A DNA stretch of 64,000 nt from Dicyema japonicum (taxonomy: Eukaryota; Animalia; Dicyemida), in assembly GCA_011109175.1 (NCBI GenBank), contig RDEW01000021.1:321080-385079 (forward strand), given 5' to 3'. Position numbers and translations under genes: made by a program. Position 1 is the first letter of the stretch. Each line of letters starts with the position of its first letter. The notes beneath the pieces were generated by a model. That model did not search any database. It had not been told where the DNA came from and saw only the letters and a program-made list of their open reading frames with translations. Below, piece after piece: positions 1 through 13,145 of the stretch.

Positions 1-747
1 GCAATGTTGGAAAATCATATTACGATGGTAATCTCATCAAGCTATATCATGTAGAAACAGCAGAAATTATTTTTGCAGACAACGCCCACTTGTTTAAAGA
101 TATTCTATCAACCAGAAACACTGTTGCAGAACACATTAATGAAATGTCTTTGAAATACCAATTATAGTCTGAATTGTTAAAATTCTAATATTTTTCAGCT
201 GCGATCAATGAAACAGTCAACGTTGTCGGAATTGCACAATTAGCAATCTTTGTTAGTGCCTGTGACTCAGATTTTAATATTTATGAAGAAATTCTCGAAC
301 TGGTACCAATGGAAGATATTACTGCGAGAAAAGATAACTTTACGGGAACCCCCAAATGATGGGAAAAGTTGATGGCTCTTTTCGTTCCTTTCCAGGATGG
401 GTGACATTTTTTCGGGTGAGCAACAAGACACCGCGTTAAACACATGCCCAGAGACTACGTTCCAGAGAATCGATTCAACACACCGGAAAACTATATTTAT
501 GATGGGCCCTCATTCTGGATCAGTAGTTGATCTCCTACTCGCGGAGGCTACGACCCGTAGTCGCGGAACCGGATTCCTTCGAGTCTGTAAGGAGGACGGA
601 AACCCCAATAGATTGTCCTTTTCCAACATTCTGACGTTTTTCTGTCATTCTTTATCGGTGATCCCGTGGTTCTAAATAAATAAATATATCATTGTAAAAC
701 TACTACAAATTCTCTGGCTTTTTGGCTTTAAAGGTTGCCGACTCCTG
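1..747 (+). mobile_element. hAT (SPIN/GTF2IRD2-like) transposase relic with right TIR
   Basis: Frame-broken RNTVAEHINEMS, AQLAIFVSACDSDFNIYEEILELVPM. Ends GTTGCCGACTCCTG (TIR) followed by GTCTAGTA target-like site. Confidence 0.75.
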
Positions 748-1143
748 GTCTAGTATATTCAACTGGTTTTCTCTTCCTCAATTCCTTCGTTCAGAGTCTA
801 GCAAACAACAGACTTCAATAGCATGTATTTTGTCGATCGTCCAATATCGATATCAGTTTTCCGCAGTCGAGTGAGACGCATTCTTTAAAAGCAACAAGTC
901 CACCCATATCCGCCATTGTGGGAACTCATCCAGTGGAATAGGGAATAGAGGGTTCCTTCTTGTATGTCGGCCAAGAATAAGGCGTCTGCTGATACAGGTG
1001 GATCGTATGACACGTTTGGTAATTGAAGAAGGCAGAGCAGTAGGAAATCCTTAGTTGGAAAATATAAGATTTATTTAAATTTTTTTTGAATTAATAAAAA
1101 CATAAAGAATAATTTATAATATAAAGTATTTGTTAGTCTTGTG

Positions 1144-2367
1144 TCAGCCACACAGCAGGACTTTTGGACATTTAGTCCCATTAGTGCTAAAACATAGGGA
1201 TGTTGAGTCAACCACATATGGCTGTGACTGGACCTTGCCTAGCAAAGGTCTGTCAATGTTAAACTGAGAAAAAGTCCTTGAGGGATAATAGTCCCAACTG
1301 TTGCTGTCATAGAATGTCCCTGAAATAATCATTACTGATACCTGACTGACATTTGTTCAGGGAACCGTTCCTAAAAATCCAGTATTTCACTGCAAGGTAG
1401 ATACAGAGACTCAACCCGAACCCAGAAGGGAGCAAATCATGGCAATATAGAACCCATCAAAATCTTCGGAATGAGGATAAATTTACTGCTTGTCGTGTTT
1501 ATTGACATTTTTTCTCTATTTGGGGGGAGTATGTAAATATTGGTGCTCTCCACACTCCCAGCGAGGTTTGTGGCCATGCAAGAATAGTTAACTGGACTGC
1601 TTTCACTGTTTACATACACTAAAATGGAATTGTTGCTTATTTCTATTATTTTATCCGAATTCGTGACTTTTCTATTATTTTTCTTCCAAAAAATCTAAAA
1701 ATTTTGTTAAAATTTCGCGCTTTAATTTGGCGCGCAATCAAAAGAACTAAATTTCCCGCTTTTAATTTTCATGGTGTCAAACGACTAAATTTCCCGCATT
1801 AAAAGCAGCTGCATAGCAAGCATTTAAAGAAAATTATCGTCATTGTTATAACCTTAGGTTTTGGATCCCCGTTCGGAGGATGGCACACGAGCTTTACTAG
1901 TTTAGTTCCCCCTGTGACGTTAAAGCCCATTTTTTCAATTTTAATCTCATCATTGATATCTAAGGTATTACTTATAAATTTACACGATGGAACAACACGT
2001 GCTTTCTGTTCATAAAAGACCCCATTCTTTGCTCGAAATGAGCAATCACAGTAAAAATCTTCAAAGAAGAGGAAAACATCAATGAAATATATGTGAATCT
2101 TGCATATTGACATCCCTTCCACCTTCCAACACGTACTGTTTGTTGGAGATTGACAGCCCAGCTGCATCTCACTTGCAAAAGGTGCACTGCACTCCAACAA
2201 AGCGGGCTTTTTAGGCGAAACATAGTAAATGGGGCGAAAATCTGTTGAAAACATGTTTCCATCACTTTGTAGTTGATATTGTGGAATTGACGTTTGCCGA
2301 CCTGAGAGTAAGAATGATTAATATAGACACGTGTCAAGATAAAAATCAGCAATAATAAATGATACAA
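1144..2367 (-). CDS. UNC5-like type I membrane protein (signal, 2 Ig domains, TM, short tail); start not resolved, 1-nt frameshift in TM exon
   Basis: YYVSPKKPALLEC..FEDFYCDC (UNC5 Ig1-like) and LVCHPPNGDPKPK|IFWKKN..NYSCMATNLAG (Ig2). GT-AG introns of 29, 24, 158, 23 and 22 nt. TM FYIAMICSLLGFGLSLCIYLAV needs +1 nt near 1421-1423. Confidence 0.6.
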
Positions 2368-4049
2368 TGTTAATTAGATTTATTATGATCACAATAAGCC
2401 AGACAGAAAATAATACAAATGCAAGCAAATTACTTAAAGCTTAGCACAATTTGGCTGATTATTTAATTAGGAGTAAATTTGCCCAATTACTTCGAGTGGC
2501 ACTTGAAAATCATCAAAGCTAATGAAATTAGTTATATCCTGATTAAGTAATTTTGCAGTGATTCACTTCAACTACCTTTAGTGAGATTGTACAAAGCTAG
2601 GATTATTATGACTCCGTCCAGCTTCATTTAACACTGCGCTTTGTTTCGCTCGATTAAGTAGTAATTTCTACCGCCATTGGCAAATTGAAATTTGATTAGC
2701 CCGTCAGGCACTGAACTAACTAATATCAGTAATTAAAACACAGGTGAGGTCTAATCATTACTTAAACAACCATAAAACCACGCTCAGGTCAGATATGAGG
2801 ATTTGACCAAGATATTGCTTGGTAACAGACATTTCTAACGATTTTACTAAGACGTTTAGGAATGATGATAAATAGGCTATTTCTAATGTCTGAGAAATAA
2901 AATGTGATTAGTAGGCTCATCAAAGTCAAAATGGGCTAATATTACCCGTCAATATTAATTGCCAAAAAACACAATTAAACATGTATTTATATGTTTTACA
3001 TTTAAATGGTGCATCAATATAACATATAATTAAAGACACTCACATCAAATTGTCTATTTTTCCCGCTCATTTAATTTTAAATAATAAAAGTTAAGAAATT
3101 GAATTAATTTAAAACAATTACACTAAATGATTATTCATTTGATTTTCTAATTTCCTCTTTGACTAATTTCGCCAATTCCTTGTTTTCAGACTCCCATTTC
3201 TCAGCAGAATTGTTTCTAATCCAACCACTCGAATTTATTGAGTCACGAAGATCCTTAACCAATTCCTCAAGGCTTTCTAACAAACTCAACCAGCACTGGA
3301 ACCCTGACTATCCATATTACTTAGTAACAGAATTTAAATAAGTGAAATTAATAAAATTAAAAGATTAATCCTAATTATGATAATCAATTATGACTCACTA
3401 GACAAGAAAATTAATATTCGATCAAAACAACATGAACATGCAAGTCAGCCAGTCTTCACTTAAGAAAAATGGAGACTGTTAGAGCTCTTTATGTCTAAGC
3501 CTGGGACTCAAAGCATCACAGAGAATGTCTTGATTGATAGTTGTCTAAAAGCCCAGGTGATTTTGAATGAGCACGTGCGCATCACGTCTGGAGGGTTATC
3601 AGATTAGTGGTTCAAGAGAACCGCAAATATTAATTGTAAATAAGACAAATGACTAAAGCAATAAACTGTTTAAAAAATAAATTATAAAATAATTATAATA
3701 AATTAAAATGATAATTACCGATAATTCCCGGCGGGGAACCTCTTTTTAAATAAATTTTTTACCCTTATAATTGACATAATTATTTTGTGCAATTTGATTG
3801 TAGTAGTAACCTAAGTTCGAATTTTTTTAAGAATTAACTAAAATAGGTCCGTCCAAAGTAATTCCTACAGTCAAGCTCTAGTGATTGAGACCGCATTCCA
3901 TTTTACGGTTCGTATGAAAATGTCCTCAATTAACCATTCCTCTTATAAGAAGTTATTATAAAGTAAACAATGCAAATTAAGTGATGGGGGAAGTAATATG
4001 AAACAGTAGGGCTTGCCAACCCACTTCTACCCCGACAGTCTCCACCAGG

Positions 4050-4350
4050 AAATCTGTAAACACAGGGTCATCTTTGAAGATAAGTGCCAGATACTTTAGT
4101 GCGGTTTTTGAAACTTCGAGTAAGATTTTCGATAGTTCCGCCAACCTTGCACATATTCATTCCAACTTTAAGGGAATTGGCATAGAGGATTTATACCGTA
4201 AGCAAGCTTTAGAGCAAAATTACGCCTTTTCTCAAATTTCTTGAAAATTGAGTCTCTTCTTTTTGGGTCGCCTAAACCGTATAACATTGCAGGAAATATT
4301 GCGGAGTTGAAGATTTCTTCTTGGCTGTCCCACCTTTTAATATCAGAGAC
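4050..4350 (-). pseudogene. non-LTR RT C-terminal relic
   Basis: IFNSAIFPAMLYG..KFEKRRNFALKLAYG resembles the post-RT region of LINEs. Confidence 0.4.
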
Positions 4351-4639
4351 TTAAATACTGTATTGTAAAATATATTCCTTAGAGATTAATTGACTAATAT
4401 AATTTATTGCTGTTTTTGTAACAATTTAACCTTAATTAAATCACTTTGACAAAATAAGACTTTAAAACGACAAAACAGGGAATTTTAAGTAAATTTGATT
4501 AAAATATAAAAACGCATAAAATATGGAATTTATTACGAAATTAAATTATTATTATTAATGAAATTCAATTAAACTAAAAAGTAAAAAATAAAATAAAAAT
4601 TCAAAAGTTTTATTCAATCTTGTTAGGCTAATCTTAAAA

Positions 4640-6527
4640 ATGCCTTTTAAGAGCAATTCCAAGAATCTGAGCGTATCCTTCCCCATGGAAGTCATGTTCT
4701 ACTCAGCCTGCCAGAGCAAAGATTTTGAAGATGTGGAGGCCTATATCTCGAAAGGGGTGGACGTCAACTACCGCAGTTCATCCAGTCTCACTGCACTCCA
4801 CCAGGTTATTCTCTTTTTTATATTATGGCTTGTATCGACGAGAATTTCAAGCTGTGTTCTCTCCTTTTGAAAAACGGAGCTGACCCGAACATGAAGGACG
4901 AGGAAGGTTGGAGTTCCCTCCACGTGGCTGCCTCAACGAACAATTTGGAGATTATAAAGTGTATTTTCCGCTCAATCGAGGCTTCTTCTCAAAAACGGGG
5001 CCCTGATCTCCGACCTTAACTATGACGGAGACTTTCCAGTGGAACTGGCTACAGATGAAAACGTCAAAAACTTCCTGAACAGGAAGATGTCTATTGATGG
5101 GGCTGAGAGGGCCAAAATCAAGGACACCGAGCACTCCCTCATGCTGAAGGAAGCCAAGCTATGGGCTTCAAAGGGGATCGCAAATAATCCAGTCGATACG
5201 TCATCAGGGATCTCATTTCTGCACGTGGCCAGTGCTAAAGGGTACACTGATGTCGTGGAGTACACGTGGATATTATTGATAGGATCCTAGTCGAGATGAA
5301 CGTGGATTTGGATGTTCAAGACCTCGATGGGTGGACTCCGCTTCATGCTGCTGTCCAAAACAACCACGTGGGGATTTGTACCATACTAATCAATGCTGGG
5401 GCCGATACATCGATCCACACGTACCTCGTTCCTTTAATGTTTTCAACTTTAGGGGGAAACTCAGCGAGATATGGCGGAGGCTGACCTGGTGAAGATCCTA
5501 GACGATTTGATCGCCAAAAACGTATTTCCCGCCTAATTTTTAGTTCCAAGCCAAGAAGTTGAGGGACAGCCAGTCTAAAAAACAGTAAGCCTAGAAAAGT
5601 CACATACTAGCCAACTAGTGCAGAGATCTACTCAACAGCAGAAAACGGAGATAAAAGTGGTAGACAACACCAACGAACTCAACCAGCTTCAGTCCATCGT
5701 GCAAGAATTGGATCCTCCTAAAGGTTTGGCGGTCTTTTTGTCAATTCTCGTATTATCGCTGATTGTGTGGCCTATTGAGCATCTCAATATTTGGTTAATT
5801 TGTTAGAACAACCGTCTGGGACTGCTGAGGTATGTAGTAACTACATCGTGTCTGACGCAATCGCCCCAATTAGCTCGATAAAGGTTAAATTCCGCGATTA
5901 CTGTAGTCGAAGGGACTCAGGCACCGACTTAGGGTTTTGGATCAGTTCCATAGAATGGTGGAGAATGATGATTCCCTTTTTTCGCTTCATAAGACTCACG
6001 AGTCGACCATGTCCCCCATTTCGAGGAGTCTGGAGGAGGAAGATAACTTAACTGACATGGAGACTGACCCTACAAGCTCACTGAAGACTGGGAATTCGGT
6101 CTTTGTGGGTCTAAGTGAGATCGAAAAGAGTTCGTTTTGTGGGATAATAAAAATCTATCCAGTCAGAATGACTTTGAGGACAATTTGTTGGCCAATTCAG
6201 TCCCTTATAGACTGAGGATTCAGGACAAGGTAATGAATCTGTGAATTTGCAGGAGAGTGCTGGAAAGGGGAGTGATAACTGCTGTAGTCGCTGTTCTAAA
6301 CTGAAGAAGGATCTGGAGGAGTTGAGGGCTGAGAATGAAATGATGAATGCCAAGCTCTCCTCGTTTAGCATGACGAAAGTCTCTGAGGATGGAGGCAAAA
6401 ATGTTGGTTTGTGAGGGAACTGTAGGATTTAAAGAAAATGGTGGATTATTTAGACAGGATTTGCAGGCTGGAGGACGAAAATAGGCGGCTTTTTTTGGAG
6501 AATAATGAATTACGCGGTTTAAAATGA
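4640..6527 (+). CDS. PPP1R12: Protein phosphatase 1 regulatory subunit 12 (MYPT)-like, ankyrin repeats plus C-terminal coiled coil
   Basis: SVSF..FYSAC, TALHQACIDEN, GWSSLHVAAS, LHVASAKGY, DGWTPLHAA and C-terminal RLEDENRRL. About 10 mostly 21-29 nt introns; middle exons uncertain. Confidence 0.85.
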
Positions 6528-6744
6528 GTTTTGATATTTCATATGTTGGTTATTTGCAGAATAAATTATTGTGCATTTTTTTATATTTTTAATAGACTGT
6601 ATCGTTTTTGTGGAGCGTTAATGGGGTTAGTATGGTGTGTTGTAAGGAATGTGAAATTGATTCTACTTATTAACAAATATTTTTTTTACTTTTTTAATGG
6701 GTCACATGTACGTAAACACATTTAAATAAAAGAAATATTTTTGT

Positions 6745-7650
6745 ATTCAGGTTTCCATAGATCTCCTCCTTGGTTGAGTCCAATCATCTTTACTGGTTCC
6801 ATCGGCCTTTTTCAACTTAGACTCTTCTAGAGCCAAGTGCGCACTTCCTTCGACAGTCCTTTTTCGATCGTTCCACTTGAAATGTGATTTTCTATAAACA
6901 TCAATCGAAAATGAAACTACCATTTGATTTAGTTGATTTTCGCCGACATCATTTACGCGGTGCTGCCCCTCGCAACTAGAGGACCCAATGGGTTTCACTA
7001 ACGCTGTGACTCCTGAGAATAGCAAAAAGTCCCAGTTTCTTGAGAAAAGACAGTGATTTCATACATATACCTCCAGTTGTCTCGAACGTGAACTCTTCAT
7101 GAATCCTTCGAACTTCTTTAGATGTCAGCCTTTTCTGTGCCTTATAATACTTTTACCACACTCCCGATGTTTGTTGGAGAAAAGGAGTCGATGGAGCTCA
7201 TAGAATGGATTGAGTTACCCCCTATGACCACAAAGCCGATGTTTTGAAAGAAACAATACGTCATTCTGGGTTCACTTTTCCTTGTCCCCCAAGTTGGCAA
7301 ATTGTTTGACCAACTCAATAATAATTGCGCTTAGCATTTAAGAGGTCTCCACATAAATCGCTCGGAAAAAACCTGTTTCTAGAACACTACCAAAATCCAA
7401 ACGTGGATCGATCTTTTCTCCAGAGTGGACAGGTACTAGCGGATGGGCAGACCGACAGGGCAATGAAAATTTACTTTGATCTTTTAAGAGCTTTGATTAT
7501 TTAAAATCAATACTCAAAACAAATCCTTTTGAGACCCTAATCTGAAAACTGGCGTGCAGTTCATCTCACATGGCCATCTTCATGTACAGCCAAAATACCG
7601 AGAATGGGATCTATGGAAGAACAACGAGATAAGATGAGAAGGCAAATGAG
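6745..7650. mobile_element. Gypsy-like pol/integrase debris
   Basis: ADGQTDRAMK at about 7438 (+) resembles the integrase TDGQTER motif; minus-strand RT-like fragments; many stops. Confidence 0.4.
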
Positions 7651-8009
7651 AGAGGTCGGAACCACTCCCCATAATTTAAAGGTGATTTTTTGGTCTTATA
7701 ATAATATATTTGTTACTAGGACTCATATCGCTTAGCTCACAACCAGATATACTCTTCTAAGTTGGAGACCAACCCACGCCGTCCCTAACGCCAAATTAAT
7801 CTTCAAAATCTCATTTCAGCGTTAATTTAAAAAATCAAAAATTTTAACATCTTTTAACTTGGGGACTCCCCACGTGAGCATTATTATTTCTGGAGGTTCT
7901 CAGCCTTCCTTTAATATAAAGATCTCCACACACATAATTACTAATTTGTTAGGAATGCGACGGAAATCGCTGGTTTCTGTGTAATAATATGAATTTAGTT
8001 ATTGTTTTG

Positions 8010-8165
8010 TCCAGAGCACGTCTGAGTTTACCAGGTTAATCGGACGGCTTGCGGGGAAGTGAAAGGGTGAACTTTTCCAGAACATTGGGCACGCAATTAT
8101 GAGAGGTAACGCCCATTGCGTGCTTAATACCTGCAGGCCATAATGGAGACTTGTCATAACTTTAT
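8010..8165 (+). repeat. Dispersed repeat family E (SINE or LINE 3' end-like)
   Basis: Aligns by eye to 36018-36200 (+) and partially to 16725-16855 (-) and 24030-24090 (-): CAGGTTAATCGGAC..AACATTGGGC..ATAATGGAGACTT. Confidence 0.7.
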
Positions 8166-8182
8166 TTTATAATAAAAAATTT

Positions 8183-9395
8183 TGAGACGTCTGGTTCCCT
8201 GCGAATTCTTGAGTCGTCTAGGGAATCGGATTTCTACACGATCAGGAGACCCCTGTGAGCGCTGCTGGTTATTTTAGCGAATCTCGCTCGCTGCGAGGGA
8301 ATAGCGAGAAGTGATTTGGGTAATCCGTTGTCAGACTTCAAGGTCAGCATTCTCGGCCAAGATCTTCAGTCGTCGTCCATCTGCATTGGTCTTCTAGCAC
8401 CCGTAGCTCACGTTCTCAGCTCAAAGGATTTGTTAATGTCTGTAGAACAGTTGCTTATGTCCCTCGAATATAGACCCCCCCCCCGACATTTATCCATGAT
8501 CCGCAGCAACGTCCGATACGATGTTAGGATTCCGAAGGAAATTTCTTAGCCAAGCGATTTTCTTTTGCGTGGAACAGTGAGAGGCTTGGGTGTCAATCTT
8601 CCACGCAAATGCGTAGAAATCCGGAACCACATCTATGAGTTGTAGATTCCGTCAGCAGGGAGGTATTTTTGCTTCAAATTGTGGTCACTGCATACGTGTT
8701 GTTTTCTTTTACAGTAAGTTTAGTTTTTGGATAATAGCGCGAATCTCCACGCAGCAGGCATATTCCACAGCCGATTGTCTGGCGGTAAATGGTTCCGATT
8801 GCTTTATTCATATTCGTTGGGGTCTTCTGGATGAGGGCCCGTGTGACATTCAATTTTTTTAGTCCATTGGTGAAGACTTGTTTGGCATTGTAGGTAAAAT
8901 TAAGCAGCCTGTCATATGTCACTTCCAGGATTGAGGGGTTTCTTGTAACAGGTATCCAACTATGTCCGAAAAATATTTCTGGTTCTTCTTTAAACCGCCG
9001 GTCAGAGGTAAATAGAGTGCATGATGATTTTGGAGCCGATACCGAGAGACGGTTAGCTATCAACCAATCGTGGATACAATCCACTTTCTTCTGTGCGAGT
9101 GAGACTGCTTCTGATGTCGAACTGCTTCTTGTTGCAATGATGATATCGTCAGCATAAGAAAGCCGTAGGAAGTCCTTGTCAATGTCTGCTGCCAGTCATG
9201 GAGGAAATGGTTGAATAGAGTGGGGGACAAAAACGAACCTTGGGGCACTCTGTTTGGTAGTAAACGTGATCGTGATCTGAGGTGGCCATAGATATCTTCC
9301 AGATAAAAAATTTGCCAGTCATAAAGGTTACATCCATGGCAGAGTGGCGATTTTGCCTGGCCAGTCTTGTATAGGTAGGCGTACTAGTTAAGCAC
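8183..9395 (-). mobile_element. APE-type LINE (I/Jockey-group-like) RT relic with 3' end
   Basis: PQGSFLSPTLFNHFLHD, YADD motif, WLIANRLSVSAPKS, ILEVTYDRLLNF. 3' end shared with 17340-17490 and 53170-53325. Confidence 0.8.
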
Positions 9396-9399
9396 AAAA

Positions 9400-10338
9400 A
9401 ATTATTTATTCATTGATAATTTCACCATTAATGCTCTAAAAATGTTCTCTTTATTGCAATTAATATCTTTTTTATCTACAGGTCTTATTTTTTTCCGATT
9501 CTTGTTCACTATTTTGTGAATCTTCTAAAGAATTTCCATTAAATGTTTAATTCTCCGTGTATTCAACATTTAAAAAATCCTCAACTTTTAGAGGATCAAA
9601 AATGTGATTGCTGTATCATTAATATCAACTTCCAGATTTTCGTTATTGGAGTTATTTAAAAATCTGAAACAATTCGTCTCGTCGGATACGTCTTTCCAAG
9701 CCATTTTTGTAAAAAATACCGTCTCTTTTAAATCAATTTCTCGTAAGAATTGTACACCGAAATATTTTGAGTTTCCAATAATTTTGTCAAATAAATTAAC
9801 TTGCGTCTGTCAAAATTACCCTTGAAAGACTTTATTGTGCCAATATCCATGGATTGTACCAAACGTGTACTATTTTTATAAAAAAAACGATTTTTAATAT
9901 ATTTCAAGTCGGCCGGACACAAGTGGTCGATTAATAGTAAAATTCGTTTTTTTTTCATTTTTGAACTGAATGTCGAAATTAAATAGCCAATCCATGAATG
10001 TAGCCATCCAAGCTGTTTTGAACTATAGTAGAAAGAGCGTCTATATTCAAAATTAAAAAAAACATCAATCATCTCGATCTGCTAACTGCTGGCACGAAAT
10101 AACAGCATTTTTTGTTTATAATTTACAATTTGAGTTTTTTCAGTAAAAGTGAGGCATCACGAGAAACATATGGAGACATGTGTTATAATTTTTATTTTTC
10201 CAATTTGTATTAAAAATTAAATTAAAAAACTGTAACAAATTTAAAAATTGACAATTAATAGGGAGAATAGGATTTTTCTTAGAAAATTCTTCAAAATGTG
10301 GCTAATTTAAAAATTGGCCAATTTACGAGGGTCCACTG
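9400..10338 (-). mobile_element. pogo/Tigger DNA transposon relic
   Basis: KKRILLLIDHLCPA..NSTRLVQSMDIGTIKSFK (DDE_1). TA|CAGTGGACCCTCG terminus at 10338. Confidence 0.8.
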
Positions 10339-10826
10339 TACCTTAATTAGACCTTAATTACCTCCTAACGTCTAATTATGGTATATCTGGGGTTATTAAC
10401 AATAAAAGCAAAGACTATGGTTACAAAAACTAACTAATAACTTGATCCCAGCACGACCTAGCAGGGACTTCATCTTGGCCGATGCTTCTCCCTCTACTCC
10501 ACACAAGCACGTATCGACCAAGTGATTGGATCTTCGCAGTCACAACGACGCGTTCCATGGTTCATTCGTATCATAGCTTCAAGAGCCATAGGTGGCTGGA
10601 ACTCTCTGGAAATCAAGCGTTCCGTGATTTTGGAGCTCTATTTCGGGTAGCCTTGATCTTCAAGACATTTTTCCAAGGATGAATGGTCCCAGATATCACA
10701 TGTGTAGGAGATGCATGGTTCAATGCATTGTTTGCATATAGTAATCGAAATAGTATGATTTCCGTACTTCTATAAGTCTGTGAGGCATTTTAAGACATTA
10801 GTTTTCTTTTCGTATGATGTTATGAC

Positions 10827-13145
10827 TAGGGCGATTTTTGTCAGTAAAGTCAAAAATAAGTTCTTTAAAATTGTTTAAAACTTATAAAAATGTAGTTTTT
10901 AATCAAAAATATTATATAAATCAAAAGTTATAAAGTCAAAAAAGGTCAAAATTTAATTTTTTTTAGTTAAATAAAGTCAAAAGTTTTATTGATTTTAGTT
11001 TTTATTTTTTAATTTTGAGTTTTTAAATAAAATTCTAGCGTGGGGTCAATTATCATCATTCACTGTGTTGTCGTGTTCAATCAAAAATGACATGATTAAG
11101 TCTGTTGTTAGAAAATATCCTGATGGAAATTTTTTTTGGAATTTATGTGGACATAACTGCAAAAAAGCAATTTTTTCATTTGAATCATATAGATCGCCTA
11201 AGAAGCACATCAAGATGTTCCCTTGCATAAGTTGAACAGTAAAAGCTTAAGAGACTTGTTTGAGAGTATTGGACAGAATCCTCCTTCTACTTACGCTTGT
11301 CGGAAAAATGTAGAAAATATATGGCAGAAGCAACTTTTTTGACAGAATTAAGCTATTTTGTGGTTTTGTTATTATTTATTATAAATCTGAAAAATTTTGT
11401 TGTAATTGGCGAAACTAATATTCGTGGACAGAAATTTGTCACTCATTGAAAGAATTTCTGATCCCAAAAAAATACTTTTAATATCTTGTCGTCATTGTCC
11501 TCTGTGGCTAACTCTTCGATTATCTGTCAGATAATTGACGATGTTCTATGGATTTTGCGATAGATCGTGAAGTCGTGTTGAACACGTTCAGAAATTGCAT
11601 TTCGGAGACGATTTATGTGGAATCAGAAAGTACTGGAATCAAGATCATTTTTCAATCAAGTGCTTTCTATCACAAAAGTGGAAAAACAACTTATTTCTCC
11701 ATGTGTATACAACTATCTGAAAAAAATGTCTTCCATCTGTTGACAAGTCTTTTTTATTGGGAAAATTACAATTTAAAACCGAAAACGTTTCGAATTACAT
11801 TATTCTGTATTTTAATAAAATTTTGATTAGTTTTTTTATAATAGCATCGGCTTGCCCAAACTCCTATATGCTTTCCGATGTTCTCCCTGCTTCAAACATC
11901 GTGACATCCTCCTGTCACTGGATAGGACATTGAGAAAATCAGCTGAATTACTTCTAAACATCCACTTTGATGCGCCGAGTTGGAACCAATGCAAGCTTCC
12001 TACACGCCTCGGAGGAACGGGTCTCAGGTCGGCGCTGGAGATCGCCTATCCAGCATATGTGTCATCGCTCTCAAGTGGAAGCCTTTTGGTCCAAGAAATC
12101 CTACGTATTACAACCGGACTCTCTTGGGAAAAAGTCTTCGACGAAGCTCGTTGCGAATGGTGTGAAACTGGTTTGGATATGCCGAACGATCCTTCGAGGC
12201 AACGTGACTGGGATGATATTTACTCCAAGAATATCTTCGACGTGCTAAAGTCTGAGGCCAACCAGCATCGTCTTGCATGCCTCGTGTCCGCCGCCAACCA
12301 TGGGAGCGGAGCGTGGCTGGATGCACTCCCGTCTTCCTCCCTGGGGACCCTATTGGACGATGACTGTATTCGGATTGGAATCGCACAACGCCTGGGAGCT
12401 GATGTTTGCGTCGAACACCAATGTCGCTGTGGAGGGATCGTCGATGCCAAAGGGCTGCACCCGCTCTCGTGCAAAAGGAGTGCGGGCAGAGCACCCCGTC
12501 ATGCTGCTATGAACAACATTGTCTTGCGAGCTCTTGAAGCGGCAGGCTTCCCGGCAGTACTGGAACCTGTGGGATTGGACCGCGGAGATGGGAAAAGACC
12601 GGATGGGTTAACTATCTTTCCGTTCACTGAGGGAAAATCGCTCGTATGGGACTGCATTGTTGTGGATTCTTTCTCGAACTCGATGAAACTCAGCTCGGCG
12701 CAGTCTGCTGGATCAGCAGCCGATCTGGCCGAGAAAATCAAAATTAAAAAATATGGCGAAATTGGAGACAGCTACCGTTTTGTACCGGTAGCAATCGAGA
12801 TGTCTGGTGCGGCTGGAAGTATTACAGCCTCTTTCCTAAAGGAAATCGAGGAAAATTGGCCCACCGCAAGAAAGACGTGCGGGAAGCGGTCTGGCTGAGG
12901 CAAAGAATTAGTATCGCAGTTGTCCGCGGAAACGCTTACTCCGTGATGTCAGCAGCCGCTCTCACCCATAGTTAATAAATAATATTTTATTGTTAATAAA
13001 TTTTTGATATAAAAAAAAAAGTTTTTTTATTAAAAAATTTTTGTCGATAAATTTATCATAAAGTCAAAAAAGGTCACAATTCTGAAATTTTAAAGTCAAT
13101 TTTTAGGTCAAATTTCCGATTTATAAAGTCAAAAAAATCGCCTTG
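10827..13145. mobile_element. hAT DNA transposon (internally deleted) with TIRs and 8-bp TSD
   Basis: TIR TAGGGCGATTTTT / AAAAATCGCCTTG. TSD GTTATGAC at 10819-10826 and 13146-13153. AAAGTCAAAA subterminal repeats. Confidence 0.85.
11840..13020 (+). mobile_element. 5'-truncated CRE-like non-LTR retrotransposon (RLE endonuclease), young copy
   Basis: 348-aa ORF with CRCG..HPLSC zinc motif, RH..N, KRPDG, WD..D, K..KY, FVPVAIE; one frameshift near 12850. AATAAA, A10 tail, TSD GTTTTTTTAT (11830-11839 / 13021-13030). Confidence 0.9.

Noticed and set aside
4640-6527. Alternative genetic code or programmed frameshifting explaining the fragmented ORFs
   Set aside because: Frame breaks in host genes are resolved by 20-30 nt introns under the standard code.
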